A stretch of 64,000 nucleotides of DNA from Myxococcales bacterium (GTDB lineage Bacteria > Myxococcota_A > Polyangia > Polyangiales > Polyangiaceae), in NCBI GenBank assembly GCA_043747615.1, contig JAYTOU010000046.1:1-64000 (forward strand), read 5' to 3'. This document shows, in pieces, positions 37,242-47,650 of the stretch. A program made the position numbers and the translations under genes. How positions within the stretch are numbered: position 1 is the first letter of the stretch; each line of letters starts with the position of its first letter. The notes below the pieces were generated by a model, which was not told the DNA's origin, ran no database searches, and saw only the letters and a list, made by a program, of their open reading frames with translations.

Positions 37242-38534
37242 TCAGTAGCGTGGCTTCTCCACGATCGTGGGGCCAGCGGGGGCGGCCGCTTTTCTCACGA
37301 GCGGCTTGGGCGAACGATGTCGCGGGCTGGGCGGAACCGCGATCAGTCGCCCGGTCGCGCCGGCGTCGGTCGCCGCGAACTCAATGGGTTCCTCCGTCGT
37401 CGACGGCGTCGCCGCAGCCTCGGTCGACACCGCCGCGAGCTCCGCCGGGGCTGCGGGAGACTCGCTAGCGTGGGTAGGCTTCGCCGGCGTGCGTGCGGGC
37501 CTGAGCGCGTTCAGCGCCACGAGAACACCGAGGAGAACCACGGAGCCGGCGAGCATCATCGGCCAGCGTGGGCCGCGCGCCCTCATGGCAGCGTTGATCG
37601 TTCCAGCGGTGAGCACGGTCTGCGTCGGCGCGTTGAGGAGACCCTCGCTCGTGACGATCGGAAGCGAGCTCGGAACCTCGGTGGCATTGCCGAGCGCGCG
37701 CCACAGCTTGAGGACGTCGCGGGCCGAGGCTGGGCGATGTTGCGGCTCACGCGACAGACAGCGGTCGATGAGGCCGTTGAGGAGAAGAGGAATCGGAACC
37801 TGGGCTGCTCCCTTCAGAGGCCGCGCCGACCGTTCGAGCTTGCTCGCGAGGAGCGCCATCTGCCCCGACGCGTCGTACGCCAGTCGCCCGCTCACGGCCT
37901 CGAAGATCACCATCGCAAAGGAGTAGAGATCCGCGCGCTCGTCGACACCGGAGGCGCCGCGAATCTGCTCCGGCGCCATGTAGGCGATGGTCCCGACCGA
38001 CTCGCCCGTCACCGTCAGCTTCTCGCCCACGTCGTCGTTGCCATCGAGCTTGCACACCCCGAAATCGAGGATGCGTGCCCGCGCGAGATTGTCGTCGAGA
38101 AACTCGATGAAGATATTTCCAGGTTTTAAATCGCGGTGAATCACGCCGGCCGCATGCGCGTCCATGAGCCCACGGAGCACGTTCTCACCGATCTGCGAGA
38201 CCTCTTCCCACCCAAGGACCCCACTACTTTTTTTCAGGTGCTCGGAGAGCGATTCGCCGCGCAAGAGCTCCATCACCAAGAAGAGCTCGCCATCTTCGTT
38301 GCGATCGAGATCGAGCACGCGGGGGATGAACTCGCTCTGGATGCGCGCGGCGGCGGCGGCTTCCCGTTCGAGGCGGGCCATCAGGATGTCTCCGGCGTGC
38401 TCGCGGCTGACGACTTTTACGGCGACGTCGGTGTCCGACTCGCGGTCGATCGCATGGAACACCTCGCCCATTCCCCCCTTCCCGATGGAGGAGACGATCT
38501 CGTATTTGTCGCGTAAAACATCGCCAGGCTGCAT
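37242..38534 (-). CDS. Membrane Ser/Thr protein kinase
   Basis: GKGGMG, VAVK, HRDLKPGN, DFG, YMAPE; one TM; Pro/Ala-rich tail ending EKPRY. Confidence 0.93.
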   Translation of the reverse strand: MQPGDVLRDKYEIVSSIGKGGMGEVFHAIDRESDTDVAVKVVSREHAGDILMARLEREAAAAARIQSEFIPRVLDLDRNEDGELFLVMELLRGESLSEHLKKSSGVLGWEEVSQIGENVLRGLMDAHAAGVIHRDLKPGNIFIEFLDDNLARARILDFGVCKLDGNDDVGEKLTVTGESVGTIAYMAPEQIRGASGVDERADLYSFAMVIFEAVSGRLAYDASGQMALLASKLERSARPLKGAAQVPIPLLLNGLIDRCLSREPQHRPASARDVLKLWRALGNATEVPSSLPIVTSEGLLNAPTQTVLTAGTINAAMRARGPRWPMMLAGSVVLLGVLVALNALRPARTPAKPTHASESPAAPAELAAVSTEAAATPSTTEEPIEFAATDAGATGRLIAVPPSPRHRSPKPLVRKAAAPAGPTIVEKPRY

Positions 38535-38581
38535 GCAGAAGCAGCCTCAACCTTAGCGCCCGGGCGGGGGCAAATCTCCCC

Positions 38582-40300
38582 CTAATTTCCCTCTCGGGGG
38601 CGTGCGCCAAGGTGCGCTGGGCTCATCGGCCTCCACTCGCGGAGCTCCCGTTTGAGCACCTTGCCCGTCGGATTGCGGGGGAGAACATCGATGAGAATGA
38701 AGTCGCGCGGAACTTTGGGACCGGCCAGGCGCTCGCGCGTCCAGAGACGGAGGGCCGCGTCGTCGAGACACGAGCCTGGTTTTGCTACGATGAAGGCGCG
38801 CACGCGCTCGCCCCACTCCGGATCTTCCACGCCCACCACGGCGACCTCGGACACGTCCGGATGCTGCTCGAGCACTCCTTCGACCTCCGCCGGATAGACG
38901 TTCACGCCGCCCGAGATCACCATGTCGCGCTTGCGGCCTTCGATGAAAAAGCGGCCATCGCGATCTTCGCGTGCAAGGTCTCCGACGCTGAAAAAGCCGT
39001 CCCGCATGCTGGCCGCGGTGGCGTCGCCGTCCATGTGGTAGCCGCTGACGAGCATCTTGTTTTTTACGTAGAGCTCGCCCACTTCGCCGCGCGCGACGCC
39101 CCTCCCCTGCTCGTCGAGGAGGCGAATCTCGTTGCCGGGAACGGCCTTGCCGATGGTGTACGGCGCGGCGCGAAGGTCTTGCGGCTTGGCGAGGGTGACG
39201 AGGCCGGTCTCCGTGGCGCCGTAGAAGTTGAAGAGGATGTCTCCAAAGTGGTCCATCACCTGGTTTGCAAGCGGGCCGGGCAAGGGAGCCCCGCCCGAGA
39301 AGATGATGCGCAGCGTTCGCGTTTCGTACGTTGCGAGCACCTCGGGATCGAGGGTGAGCACGCGATGGAGCATCGTGGGCACGACCGCGGTGCTGGTGAT
39401 CTTGTAGCGCTCGACGTCGCGTACGAAAAATTCGGGTTTGAACTCGTCCATGATGACGACGCTCGCGCCCAAGATGTGGCTGAGGGTGAGAAAGCCGAAG
39501 GCCGTGGAGTGATAGAGAGGGCACGTGACGAGGTGGACGTCGTCGACGCGCATCGGCGTCTCGCAAATGAAACGAAGCGCCGCGGGGAGCGCGTCACGCG
39601 GGAATTTTCGGACGGCGCCCTTGGGTTTGCCGGTCGTGCCCGAGGTGTAAATGACGACCGACGCGTCTTCCTCTGCCGCTTTGGAATCCTTGCTCACGAC
39701 ACGAGATGCGGCGAGCACGTCTTCGTAGCTCGTGATGCCCGGTACAGTGCCGCCGATCGCCACCAGATTCGCCGTCTTCAGCTCGGGGAGGCTTCTTTTG
39801 GCCTCCTCCACGACGGGCCAGAGATCGTGATCGAAGCAGATCATCTTGGCGTTCGAGTGAGCCGCAACGTAGACGAGCTCGCTCGCCGTCGAGCGCCACG
39901 ACGTGCTCACCGCCGCTCCGCCAACCCTGCTCGCGCCGCCCTGAATCTCGATGAACTCGGGACGATTGCGCATCATGAGGATCACGCTGGATCCCCTGGA
40001 AATCCCACGCATGGTGAAGCCACCCGCGAGGCGGTCCATCCGCTCGTCGAGCTCGGAAAAGGTGAGCGAGCGATCCCTCCAGCGGAGGGCCACTTTGTTC
40101 GGCGAGTTGGCCGCGTGCAGTCGATAGACCTGCGACGGATTCTGGGGAGCGACGGTAAGCGCCTTCACCATGGCGACGAACCCGGGCGCGGTGACTTCCC
40201 ACATCAAGCCGCTGCGGTTGCCGACTTCGAGAGCGACCCGCACGCGCTCCGGCGCCTCGGAGATCCGCTCCCGAATTTCTTTGAACGTCATCTTCGGCAT
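38582..40300 (-). CDS. AMP-binding acyl-CoA synthetase
   Basis: YTSGTTGKPKG, FYGATE, GDL, GRKRDMVISGG.NVYP, PRNPTGKVLK; start placed at ATG 40300. Confidence 0.93.
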   Translation of the reverse strand: MPKMTFKEIRERISEAPERVRVALEVGNRSGLMWEVTAPGFVAMVKALTVAPQNPSQVYRLHAANSPNKVALRWRDRSLTFSELDERMDRLAGGFTMRGISRGSSVILMMRNRPEFIEIQGGASRVGGAAVSTSWRSTASELVYVAAHSNAKMICFDHDLWPVVEEAKRSLPELKTANLVAIGGTVPGITSYEDVLAASRVVSKDSKAAEEDASVVIYTSGTTGKPKGAVRKFPRDALPAALRFICETPMRVDDVHLVTCPLYHSTAFGFLTLSHILGASVVIMDEFKPEFFVRDVERYKITSTAVVPTMLHRVLTLDPEVLATYETRTLRIIFSGGAPLPGPLANQVMDHFGDILFNFYGATETGLVTLAKPQDLRAAPYTIGKAVPGNEIRLLDEQGRGVARGEVGELYVKNKMLVSGYHMDGDATAASMRDGFFSVGDLAREDRDGRFFIEGRKRDMVISGGVNVYPAEVEGVLEQHPDVSEVAVVGVEDPEWGERVRAFIVAKPGSCLDDAALRLWTRERLAGPKVPRDFILIDVLPRNPTGKVLKRELREWRPMSPAHLGARPREGN

Positions 40301-40323
40301 CGCCCAAACTCCATAAAGACGGG

Positions 40324-40554
40324 TCAGTACGTGATGACGTTGCCGGTAGCGGGCATGTCCGCGGGCTGGCGATGAACCCCCATTTGCGCAGCGTACGTCA
40401 TGGGGGTGTAGCCGCCGTCGGGGGTTGCCGCGTGCGGGGCTGGCGAATCTCCAACGCACCCGTAGCTCGCGACGAGCACGCCAAGGCCTCCGTCAACCAA
40501 CGCGTTACCAAGTGCTCTCACCAGAAATCCACGCCTTTCAAGACGATTGCTCAA
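40324..40554 (-). CDS. Possible small protein with twin-arginine signal, or gene remnant
   Basis: ERRGFL near the N-terminus, hydrophobic stretch, SYGC; TTG start; fills an intergenic gap. Confidence 0.35.
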   Translation of the reverse strand: MSNRLERRGFLVRALGNALVDGGLGVLVASYGCVGDSPAPHAATPDGGYTPMTYAAQMGVHRQPADMPATGNVITY

Positions 40555-40643
40555 CGTAGCTGATACGGCGGGGCCGGGTACGCCCGCGAGAACGAATCGG
40601 CGAAAAACACCGCGCTCGTGCGTCGTGATATCCTCCTCCGGCG

Positions 40644-41045
40644 ATGGAAAGCAAACCGCCCACCGGTGAGGAAAAGCGCAACAACGAGCGGGCCGCGATC
40701 ACCCTTCGCGTCGACTACAAACGGCTCAACACGTTCTTTGCAGACTACACGAAGAACATCTCCAAAGGCGGGACGTTCATTCGCACGAGCAAGCCGCTCG
40801 ACGTGGGCACGGAGTTCGTGTTCGTCCTCTCTTTTCCGTCTCAAGAAGGCCAGCTTCGGCTTCGCGGCAAGGTGATGTGGGTGACGAGCGAAGCAGCAGC
40901 CACCGCCGAAAGCCCCGTAGGAATGGGAATTCGTTTTCTCTTCAAGGAACAAGACGAGCAAAAGAAAGTAGACGAGTTCGTCGAGAGGCTGATGTCCGAG
41001 GCCCTGGGCGAGCACATCTCCCAGAAGCTCCTCGCGAAGCGCTGA
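40644..41045 (+). CDS. Stand-alone PilZ domain protein (myxobacterial TIGR02266-like)
   Basis: RxxxR (RNNER) and NxSxGG (NISKGG) motifs; GMGIRF. Confidence 0.9.
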   Translation: MESKPPTGEEKRNNERAAITLRVDYKRLNTFFADYTKNISKGGTFIRTSKPLDVGTEFVFVLSFPSQEGQLRLRGKVMWVTSEAAATAESPVGMGIRFLFKEQDEQKKVDEFVERLMSEALGEHISQKLLAKR

Positions 41046-41047
41046 CC

Positions 41048-41076
41048 TTTACGGCATCCCGCGCGCGCCCTACGTT
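41048..41076 (+). promoter_or_regulatory. Putative promoter of nadA (TTTACG-N17-TACGTT), probably leaderless
   Basis: -10-like hexamer ends 6 nt before ATG 41083; no SD. Confidence 0.45.
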
Positions 41077-41082
41077 TCAGCC

Positions 41083-42051
41083 ATGGGATTACCGGTCCTC
41101 GGCCAAGCCGATGCGCGAAAAGTCGATCCTTCGCTCGACCTCGAAGAAGAGGTGTCGCGCCTGAAAAAAGAGCGAAACGCGATCATCCTCGCGCACTACT
41201 ACCAAGACTCCGACATCCAGGACGTGGCCGACGTGATCGGCGATTCGCTCCAGCTCGCGCAGGCGGCAGCAAAGACCTCGGCGGACGTCATCTGCTTTGC
41301 CGGCGTGCACTTCATGGCGGAGACGGCGAAGATCTTGAACCCCCACAAGATTGTGGTCCTTCCCGATCTCCTCGCGGGGTGCTCGCTCGCCGACGGCTGC
41401 CCCGCGGACAAGTTCGCCGCCTGGAAAGCGCGCCATCCCGGATCGGTGGTCGTGAGCTACATCAATTGCTCCGCCGAGGTGAAGGCGTTGAGCGACTACA
41501 TCGTGACCTCGTCGAACGCGGAGAAGATCGTCGCGCACATTCCCTTGGACAAAGAAGTGCTCTTCGCGCCGGACAAGAATCTCGGCAAATGGCTGGAAAA
41601 GAAGCTCGATCGGAAGATGAACCTCTGGCAGGGGAGCTGCATCGTCCACGAGACGTTCAGCGAACGAAAGCTGATCGGGCTGAAGACACGTCACCCGGAG
41701 GCGCTCGTCCTCGCGCATCCTGAGTGCGAAGAAGTAGTGCTGGCGATGGCCGACTACATCGGTTCGACGACGGGCATCCTGAAGTACGCGATCGCCAGTC
41801 CGAAGAAGGAGTTCATCATCGCCACGGAGGCTGGAATCCTTCACCAGATGCAGAAGGCCGCGCCGGACAAAACGTTCATCCCCGCGCCACCCGAGGCGAA
41901 TTGCGCCTGCAACGAGTGCCCGTACATGAGACGAAATACGCTCGAGAAGGTCTACCTGGCGCTGAGGGATCTCGAGCCTCGCATCGAGATGGACCCCGTT
42001 CTGCTGGAAAGGGCGCGGTTGCCGATCGACCGGATGCTCGCGCTCAGCTGA
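41083..42051 (+). CDS. nadA: Quinolinate synthase A
   Basis: [46 protein letters not shown]. Confidence 0.97.
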   Translation: MGLPVLGQADARKVDPSLDLEEEVSRLKKERNAIILAHYYQDSDIQDVADVIGDSLQLAQAAAKTSADVICFAGVHFMAETAKILNPHKIVVLPDLLAGCSLADGCPADKFAAWKARHPGSVVVSYINCSAEVKALSDYIVTSSNAEKIVAHIPLDKEVLFAPDKNLGKWLEKKLDRKMNLWQGSCIVHETFSERKLIGLKTRHPEALVLAHPECEEVVLAMADYIGSTTGILKYAIASPKKEFIIATEAGILHQMQKAAPDKTFIPAPPEANCACNECPYMRRNTLEKVYLALRDLEPRIEMDPVLLERARLPIDRMLALS

Positions 42052-42119
42052 TCTCAGGCTCCGTCGCGTGACGCATATGACTCGAGCCAGCCTCCTGAAG
42101 GTCGGCTAGAATGCGCTGC

Positions 42120-44072
42120 ATGCGCGTCTTCCTGCGTCACGTGTTCTTCGTCGGCGTGGTCGCTTTTCTGATCATCGCGTGCGGCTCGCGCACCGGTCTG
42201 CTCGGCGGCGACTTCACGGATTTCGCCGTCGACGCCACTCCGGACATCGTCGGCGATCAAACCGTTCCCATGGATGGCCAGCTCGACGAAGGCTTCCCCG
42301 ATGGTCCGCTCTTCGAAGGCGGCCCCCTCGACGTCATCACCGATTGCGCTGCTCCGGCCTACTGCGATCCGCGCGACCTCGGCAACGTCTACAAGTGCGG
42401 CGTCCCGGTTTTTCAGTGCAGCTCGCTCGAGAGCTGCCTCAACGCGAAATGCGTGAACCCCTGCCAGGACACGCTCGGCCAGGACACCTCGAACGGCTGC
42501 GAGTTCTTCGCGCCCGAGATGGACACCGTGCCCGAGGCGGAGGGCGTTTGCTACGCCGTCTTCATCGTAAACCAGTGGAAGACGGGCGAGCCTGCGCGGA
42601 TCGAAGTGGATCGAGGAGGAGCGAGCCTTCCCATCGAGCAATTTGCGCGCATCCCCGTGGGGACGGGAACGAACATCATCTACACGCCGTACGTGAAGGC
42701 GCAGGGCCTCGCGCGTGATCAAGTTGCGATCTTGTTCTTGTCGCGCGATCCGGCGGCAGAGAGCGATCCGAATCCGTCCGCGCCGCGCCGCCTTGCGGGC
42801 TGCCCAGCGGGCGTAATCCCAGCGGTGGTGGGCGATGCAGCGCTCCACGGAACGGGCACGGGAACGGCATTTCACATCAAGACGAACGTGCCGGTCGTCT
42901 CGTACCAGATCCTTCCGTACGGAGGCGGACGCGCGCGGGTGACCGGAGCGACGCTGCTCCTGCCCACGAACGTGTGGGACACGAACTACCTCGCCGTGAA
43001 CGCCTACGCCAAACCAACCGGCTTCGCCGAGCTCCGCGCGGGGCCGACGATGGCGATCTTGGCCAAAGAGGACGGGACGAGCGTCACCATCAAACCGACC
43101 GCGGCGATCGTTGGCGGAGGCGGGCTCGCTGGAACGCCGGCGGACGTGTCGCTTACCTACAGTCTCAATCGTGGGCAGTACCTACAGTTCACGCAGGATG
43201 AGGAGCTCACGGGGAGCGCCGTCCAATCGGACAAGCCCATCGCGGTGATCGGCGGCTCGACGCTCATGGACGTGCCGGTCACGCGCACCCTACGCGCCGA
43301 CGGTGCCGAGCAGATGCTTCCGCCGGTGAAGGCGCTTGGTAGCGAATACCTCGCCGTGCGCTACCGCAGCCGCGACAAGGTCACTCCGGAGAGCGTGCCG
43401 TGGCGCGTGGTCGGCGCGGTCGACGGAACTACGCTCACCTACGATCCTCCGCAACTGGGCGCACCGGCGACGATCAACGCCCGTCAGCTCGTCGAGTTCA
43501 CCGCGCCGGGCCCCTTCGTCATTTCGAGCCAGGGTGCGGATCATCCCTTTTACCTCGCGCAATACATGACCGGCGGAATGCCCTACGACGGCGAAGGCGA
43601 TCCCGAGTTCGTCAACGTGATCTCGCCGACGCAGTTCTTGCCGCGCTACACGTTCTTCACCGATCCCACGTACCCGGAGACGAACTTGGTCGTGACGCGC
43701 GTGAAGGACGCGACGCTCGGCATCTTCCCGAACGTGTCGCTCGACTGCGCGGGGACGCTCTCCGGATGGGCGCCCGTGGGGACGAGCGGCAACTACGAAT
43801 TCATGCGCATCGATCTCTCGACCGGAAATTTTCAGGGTCAGAACGGATGCGACAACGGGGTCCACACCCTCACCGCGACGCTCGCGGGCGGCGGTCCGAC
43901 GGCGAAACCGCGCGCCGGAGCGACGGTCTGGGGCTGGGGAAATCCGATCACGTATGCGCCGACGGACCCCCCAGCAGAATCGAATCCGAAGTTCACGCGC
44001 TGGGTGAGCTACGGCTACCCGGTGGGCGCGAACATCACGCAGCTCAACAGCGTCGTCCTCAGCGCCCAATAA
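42120..44072 (+). CDS. Lipoprotein with IgGFc-binding-protein N-terminal-like domain
   Basis: LIIACGSRTGL lipobox; Cys-rich linker; ATLLLPT, LTGSAVQSDKPIAV, EQMLPP..LG.EY, GDP, SYGYP. Confidence 0.8.
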   Translation: MRVFLRHVFFVGVVAFLIIACGSRTGLLGGDFTDFAVDATPDIVGDQTVPMDGQLDEGFPDGPLFEGGPLDVITDCAAPAYCDPRDLGNVYKCGVPVFQCSSLESCLNAKCVNPCQDTLGQDTSNGCEFFAPEMDTVPEAEGVCYAVFIVNQWKTGEPARIEVDRGGASLPIEQFARIPVGTGTNIIYTPYVKAQGLARDQVAILFLSRDPAAESDPNPSAPRRLAGCPAGVIPAVVGDAALHGTGTGTAFHIKTNVPVVSYQILPYGGGRARVTGATLLLPTNVWDTNYLAVNAYAKPTGFAELRAGPTMAILAKEDGTSVTIKPTAAIVGGGGLAGTPADVSLTYSLNRGQYLQFTQDEELTGSAVQSDKPIAVIGGSTLMDVPVTRTLRADGAEQMLPPVKALGSEYLAVRYRSRDKVTPESVPWRVVGAVDGTTLTYDPPQLGAPATINARQLVEFTAPGPFVISSQGADHPFYLAQYMTGGMPYDGEGDPEFVNVISPTQFLPRYTFFTDPTYPETNLVVTRVKDATLGIFPNVSLDCAGTLSGWAPVGTSGNYEFMRIDLSTGNFQGQNGCDNGVHTLTATLAGGGPTAKPRAGATVWGWGNPITYAPTDPPAESNPKFTRWVSYGYPVGANITQLNSVVLSAQ

Positions 44073-44080
44073 GCGCTGCT

Positions 44081-44905
44081 CTACATATCCGTCATCAGCG
44101 TCGTGACCAAGTAGTCCGCCGCGAAAATGGCGACGATGCTCGAGACGACCGCCTTCGCCGTAGCCTCGCCGACGCCGCGCGCACCGCCCGAGGCAAAAAA
44201 GCCTTTTTTGCAGCAGATGGTGCTGACGATGACCCCGAAAATCATGCTCTTGGTCGCGAGCATTCGGAGATCGCTGACCTGCACGAACTGGCGAATCTTG
44301 TCGAAGAACACGCCAGGATCGATCGCCTGCCAGACCACCGCCACGATGTACGCGCCGACCATGCCGGAGAGCGCGAAGAGAACGGCCAAGAGAGGCAGCA
44401 TGAGAGTGGTGGCGACGACGCGCGGGACGACGAGATACTGAATCGGGCTGACGCCCATGGTGGTGATGGCGTCAATCTGCTCGGTGACCCGCATGTTGCC
44501 GAGCTCGCTCGCCATCGTGCTGCCCGCGCGCGCAGTGACGACGACGCCAGCAAGAACGGGGGCAAGCTCGCGCGCGAGGGCAAGAGCAACGACGCCGCCG
44601 ACCATTCCCTCCGCAGAAAATTGGCGGAAGCCGACGATGCTGCTGACGGTGAAGGCCATTCCCGTGAAGAGCCCCACGAGGCACACGATGAACGTCGATC
44701 CTGCGCCGATGAACTCGAGCGCGATGAGAAATTGGGTTGCTCGGAACGGCCGGCGAAAGAGCCAGATCAGCGCTTGCCCGCCGAGGAGCATCGTCGCTCC
44801 GAGATCGTCGAGCCCTCGGAGAAGCGGCGCGACCGTCCGCTCGTAGACGAAGGTGATGACGCCCCCGTCTTCCGGAGATCCACCTGGAGATTCGTCGTCG
44901 CTCAC
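44081..44905 (-). CDS. mlaE: MlaE family ABC transporter permease
   Basis: RELAPVL, RAGSTMASELGNMRVTEQIDA, YLVVPR, GGARGVGEAT. Confidence 0.93.
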   Translation of the reverse strand: MSDDESPGGSPEDGGVITFVYERTVAPLLRGLDDLGATMLLGGQALIWLFRRPFRATQFLIALEFIGAGSTFIVCLVGLFTGMAFTVSSIVGFRQFSAEGMVGGVVALALARELAPVLAGVVVTARAGSTMASELGNMRVTEQIDAITTMGVSPIQYLVVPRVVATTLMLPLLAVLFALSGMVGAYIVAVVWQAIDPGVFFDKIRQFVQVSDLRMLATKSMIFGVIVSTICCKKGFFASGGARGVGEATAKAVVSSIVAIFAADYLVTTLMTDM

Positions 44906-45079
44906 GGCGGCGCGAGTCTAGCACGCCGACTCGTTTACCCCGGCGTCACACAAGGTACGGTCACGAAGTAGCGAACAGTGGGCGATGAGACTGGCGGTTC
45001 CGTCCGATTTGCAGCGATAGACGAGAACGACCTCTGCGTCGACCGGCCCCCGCGAAGAGCTTGAGGGGCTCGGGCGGTG

Positions 45080-46378
45080 CTAAGGCTCGCGGTAGAAGCG
45101 GGGGACACGCCTCGAAATAGAAGTCAGGACTTCCCAGGCGATCGTCCCGGCGTGCGCAGCGAGCTCTTCGGCACCGATCGTGTCCCTGCCGAGCGGACCC
45201 TCTTGCGCGCCGAGGACCACCGCCTCGTCCCGCACGGTCACGCCCGGAAGATCCGTGACGTCGATCATCGACATATCCATGGAGACTGCGCCGACGATGG
45301 GCGCGCGCTTTCCGCGAACGAGGATGTGCCCTTTGTTCGACAGGTGACGGGAGAGCCCGTCGGCATATCCCACGGGGATGGTGGCGATGCGCGAAGGACG
45401 CGACGCGCGCCACAGGCCGCCGTAGCCGACGGGGGTACCGGCGGCGATCTCGCGCACGTCGATTACCTCGCTGCGCACGCGCATGACCGGTCGAAGCTCG
45501 CGGGTGAGGACATCGTGGGTGGCGGAGACGATCGACGGGGATACGCCGAAGAGCGCGATTCCCGGACGTACGGCATCGAGCTTGGTCGCCGGTAGACGGA
45601 GGAGCGCAGCGGAGTTCGCGGCGTGTCTCACCGAGGGGGTGATGCCTCTGCTCGCGAGAAGCGCCGTCGCTTCGTCGAATCGAACGATCTGCTCGGCCAT
45701 GCTCTCTTCGCCGGCCGCATCGGCGTCCGCGAGATGGGTCATCAATCCGCGGACGACGATCTCCGGAACGTCCTCGAGCATCGCTGCGAACGAAGGGAGC
45801 TCCTTCATCGTGACGCCGAGGCGCGCCATGCCGGTGTCGACTTTTAGGTGTACCTCGACGGGGCCGGGGACGAGGCCGGCGCGAACGAGGCGCGCAAATG
45901 CCTCGATTTGCCCTTCGTCATAGACGACAGGCACGAGTCTTCGAGCGAGAACCTCGCCATGAGCATCGCCGTAGTAGCCACCCATGATCAGGATCGGTGC
46001 GCGAATTCCTGCCTCGCGAAGCTCGATTCCTTCTTCCGGAAGAGCAACGCAAAATCCGTGAGCGCCGGCACGCTCGAGGGTGCGCGCAACCGCAGGGGCT
46101 CCGTGGCCGTAGCCGTCGGCTTTGAGTACGGCCCACACCTTCGCGGTCCCTGCGTGGCGCGCAACGACATGCAAGTTGTGACGGAGCGACTCGAGGTTCA
46201 CCTCTGCCCGCGTCGGCCTAACCGCATCGGCAGGCGCTGCGCGACGGGGCTTGAGCACGCGAGGCTCGCTCGGACGCGCCGCCGGGATCGCCGAGGCGGA
46301 GGGGTGCGTCGGCGGTCCGTCTTCGGTCGGCGCCACGGAAGTGCGCTCGAGCGCAGGCGTGGGAAACTCGGTGCTCAT
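45080..46378 (-). CDS. alr: Alanine racemase
   Basis: AVLKADGYGHG, HLKVDTGMARLG, ANSA, VRPG, GYADG, VSMD; SD AGGAG. Confidence 0.96.
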   Translation of the reverse strand: MSTEFPTPALERTSVAPTEDGPPTHPSASAIPAARPSEPRVLKPRRAAPADAVRPTRAEVNLESLRHNLHVVARHAGTAKVWAVLKADGYGHGAPAVARTLERAGAHGFCVALPEEGIELREAGIRAPILIMGGYYGDAHGEVLARRLVPVVYDEGQIEAFARLVRAGLVPGPVEVHLKVDTGMARLGVTMKELPSFAAMLEDVPEIVVRGLMTHLADADAAGEESMAEQIVRFDEATALLASRGITPSVRHAANSAALLRLPATKLDAVRPGIALFGVSPSIVSATHDVLTRELRPVMRVRSEVIDVREIAAGTPVGYGGLWRASRPSRIATIPVGYADGLSRHLSNKGHILVRGKRAPIVGAVSMDMSMIDVTDLPGVTVRDEAVVLGAQEGPLGRDTIGAEELAAHAGTIAWEVLTSISRRVPRFYREP

Positions 46379-46486
46379 CGTTCTCTCCTAAGGGCTATAA
46401 GGAAACCCGTGTTTTTCAAGCACCAATGAAGGCACGCGCTAGATCTCTACTCGATCTCGTAAGCCGTGCTACTCACGCCCCGAACA

Positions 46487-47647
46487 ATGGCGAATCTCGC
46501 ATCCTCAGCGCCGAGCACAAGAGGCAGGCGCACGCGTTATATTTTTCCGATAGTCGTTCTCTTGCTGGTTATCGGAGGATTGATCAGCGTCAAGTTCGCG
46601 CAGATTTCCTCCCTGATCGCGATGGGCAAGGCGGGGCAGAAAGCCGGCCCGCCACCGGAAACGGTCAGCGTCGCGCTCGCCGAGGAGCAGGTCTGGGAGG
46701 GCGCGCTCTCCGCAGTCGGCAGCATCGCTGCAGCGCGCGGCGTGTCGGTGAGCAACGACGCGCCGGGAGTGGTCTCCCGCATCAACTTCGAGTCGGGCGC
46801 GCAGGTGACCGCCGGACAAATTTTGGTCGAGCTCGATACGAGCGTCGAGCGCGCTCAGCTCGCCTCGTCGCAGGCCAGAAAGGATCTCGCGCTCCTCACG
46901 GTCACCCGATCGCGCAGCCTCGCCAAGAGCAACACCATTCCTCTTTCGCAGGTCGATGGAGACGAGGCCCAGCTGAAGGCGAGCACCACCGACTTCACCG
47001 CGCTCCAGGCCCAGATCGAGCGCAAGATCGTGCGCGCCCCCTTCGCAGGTCGCCTCGGCATCCGCGCCGTCAACCTCGGGCAATACTTGAACCCCGGCAC
47101 GACGCTCACCGTGCTCGAGGCGATCGAATCGGTGTACGTCGACTTCGCGCTGCCGCAGCAGCTCCTCGCCGAGATCAAAGTCGGCATGCCCGTGCGCGTG
47201 AACATCGAGGGCGCTGACGGAGTCGACGGAGGCTTGCCGTCCGACGGCATCGTCGCCGCAGTGGACCCCACGGTGGACGCCGCGACTCGCACGATCAAGG
47301 TGCGAGCGAGCGTCCCCAACAAGCAGGAACGCCTTCGCCCCGGCATGTTCGCCGAGGTGTCCGTGGTCCTCCCGAAGCGCGGGAGCGTGGTCGCCATTCC
47401 GCAGACTGCGGTCGTTCACGCATCGTACGGAGACTCGGTATTCGTGGTGGAGGACGCCAAGGTGCGGCAGCAATTCGTTCGCCTCGGTGACGCGCGTGGC
47501 GATTTCGTGACCGTCGTCGACGGGGTGAAAGCCGGGCAACGGGTGGTGAGCGCGGGGGCGTTCAAGCTCCGCAACGGCTCGGGGATCACCATCGTGCCCG
47601 ACGTGAAGCCGGCACCGCAGCTGAATCCGCAACCCGAAAATCACTGA
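46487..47647 (+). CDS. RND efflux periplasmic adaptor subunit
   Basis: N-terminal TM; VRAPFAGRLGI, VDAATRT, LRPGMF. Confidence 0.93.
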   Translation: MANLASSAPSTRGRRTRYIFPIVVLLLVIGGLISVKFAQISSLIAMGKAGQKAGPPPETVSVALAEEQVWEGALSAVGSIAAARGVSVSNDAPGVVSRINFESGAQVTAGQILVELDTSVERAQLASSQARKDLALLTVTRSRSLAKSNTIPLSQVDGDEAQLKASTTDFTALQAQIERKIVRAPFAGRLGIRAVNLGQYLNPGTTLTVLEAIESVYVDFALPQQLLAEIKVGMPVRVNIEGADGVDGGLPSDGIVAAVDPTVDAATRTIKVRASVPNKQERLRPGMFAEVSVVLPKRGSVVAIPQTAVVHASYGDSVFVVEDAKVRQQFVRLGDARGDFVTVVDGVKAGQRVVSAGAFKLRNGSGITIVPDVKPAPQLNPQPENH

Positions 47648-47650
47648 GCC

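Noticed and set aside
37201..37245. CTG start codons overlapping upstream TGA stops (37245 and 53260)
   Set aside because: They would give better signal peptides, but nearby ATG/TTG alternatives exist; undecidable without N-terminal data.
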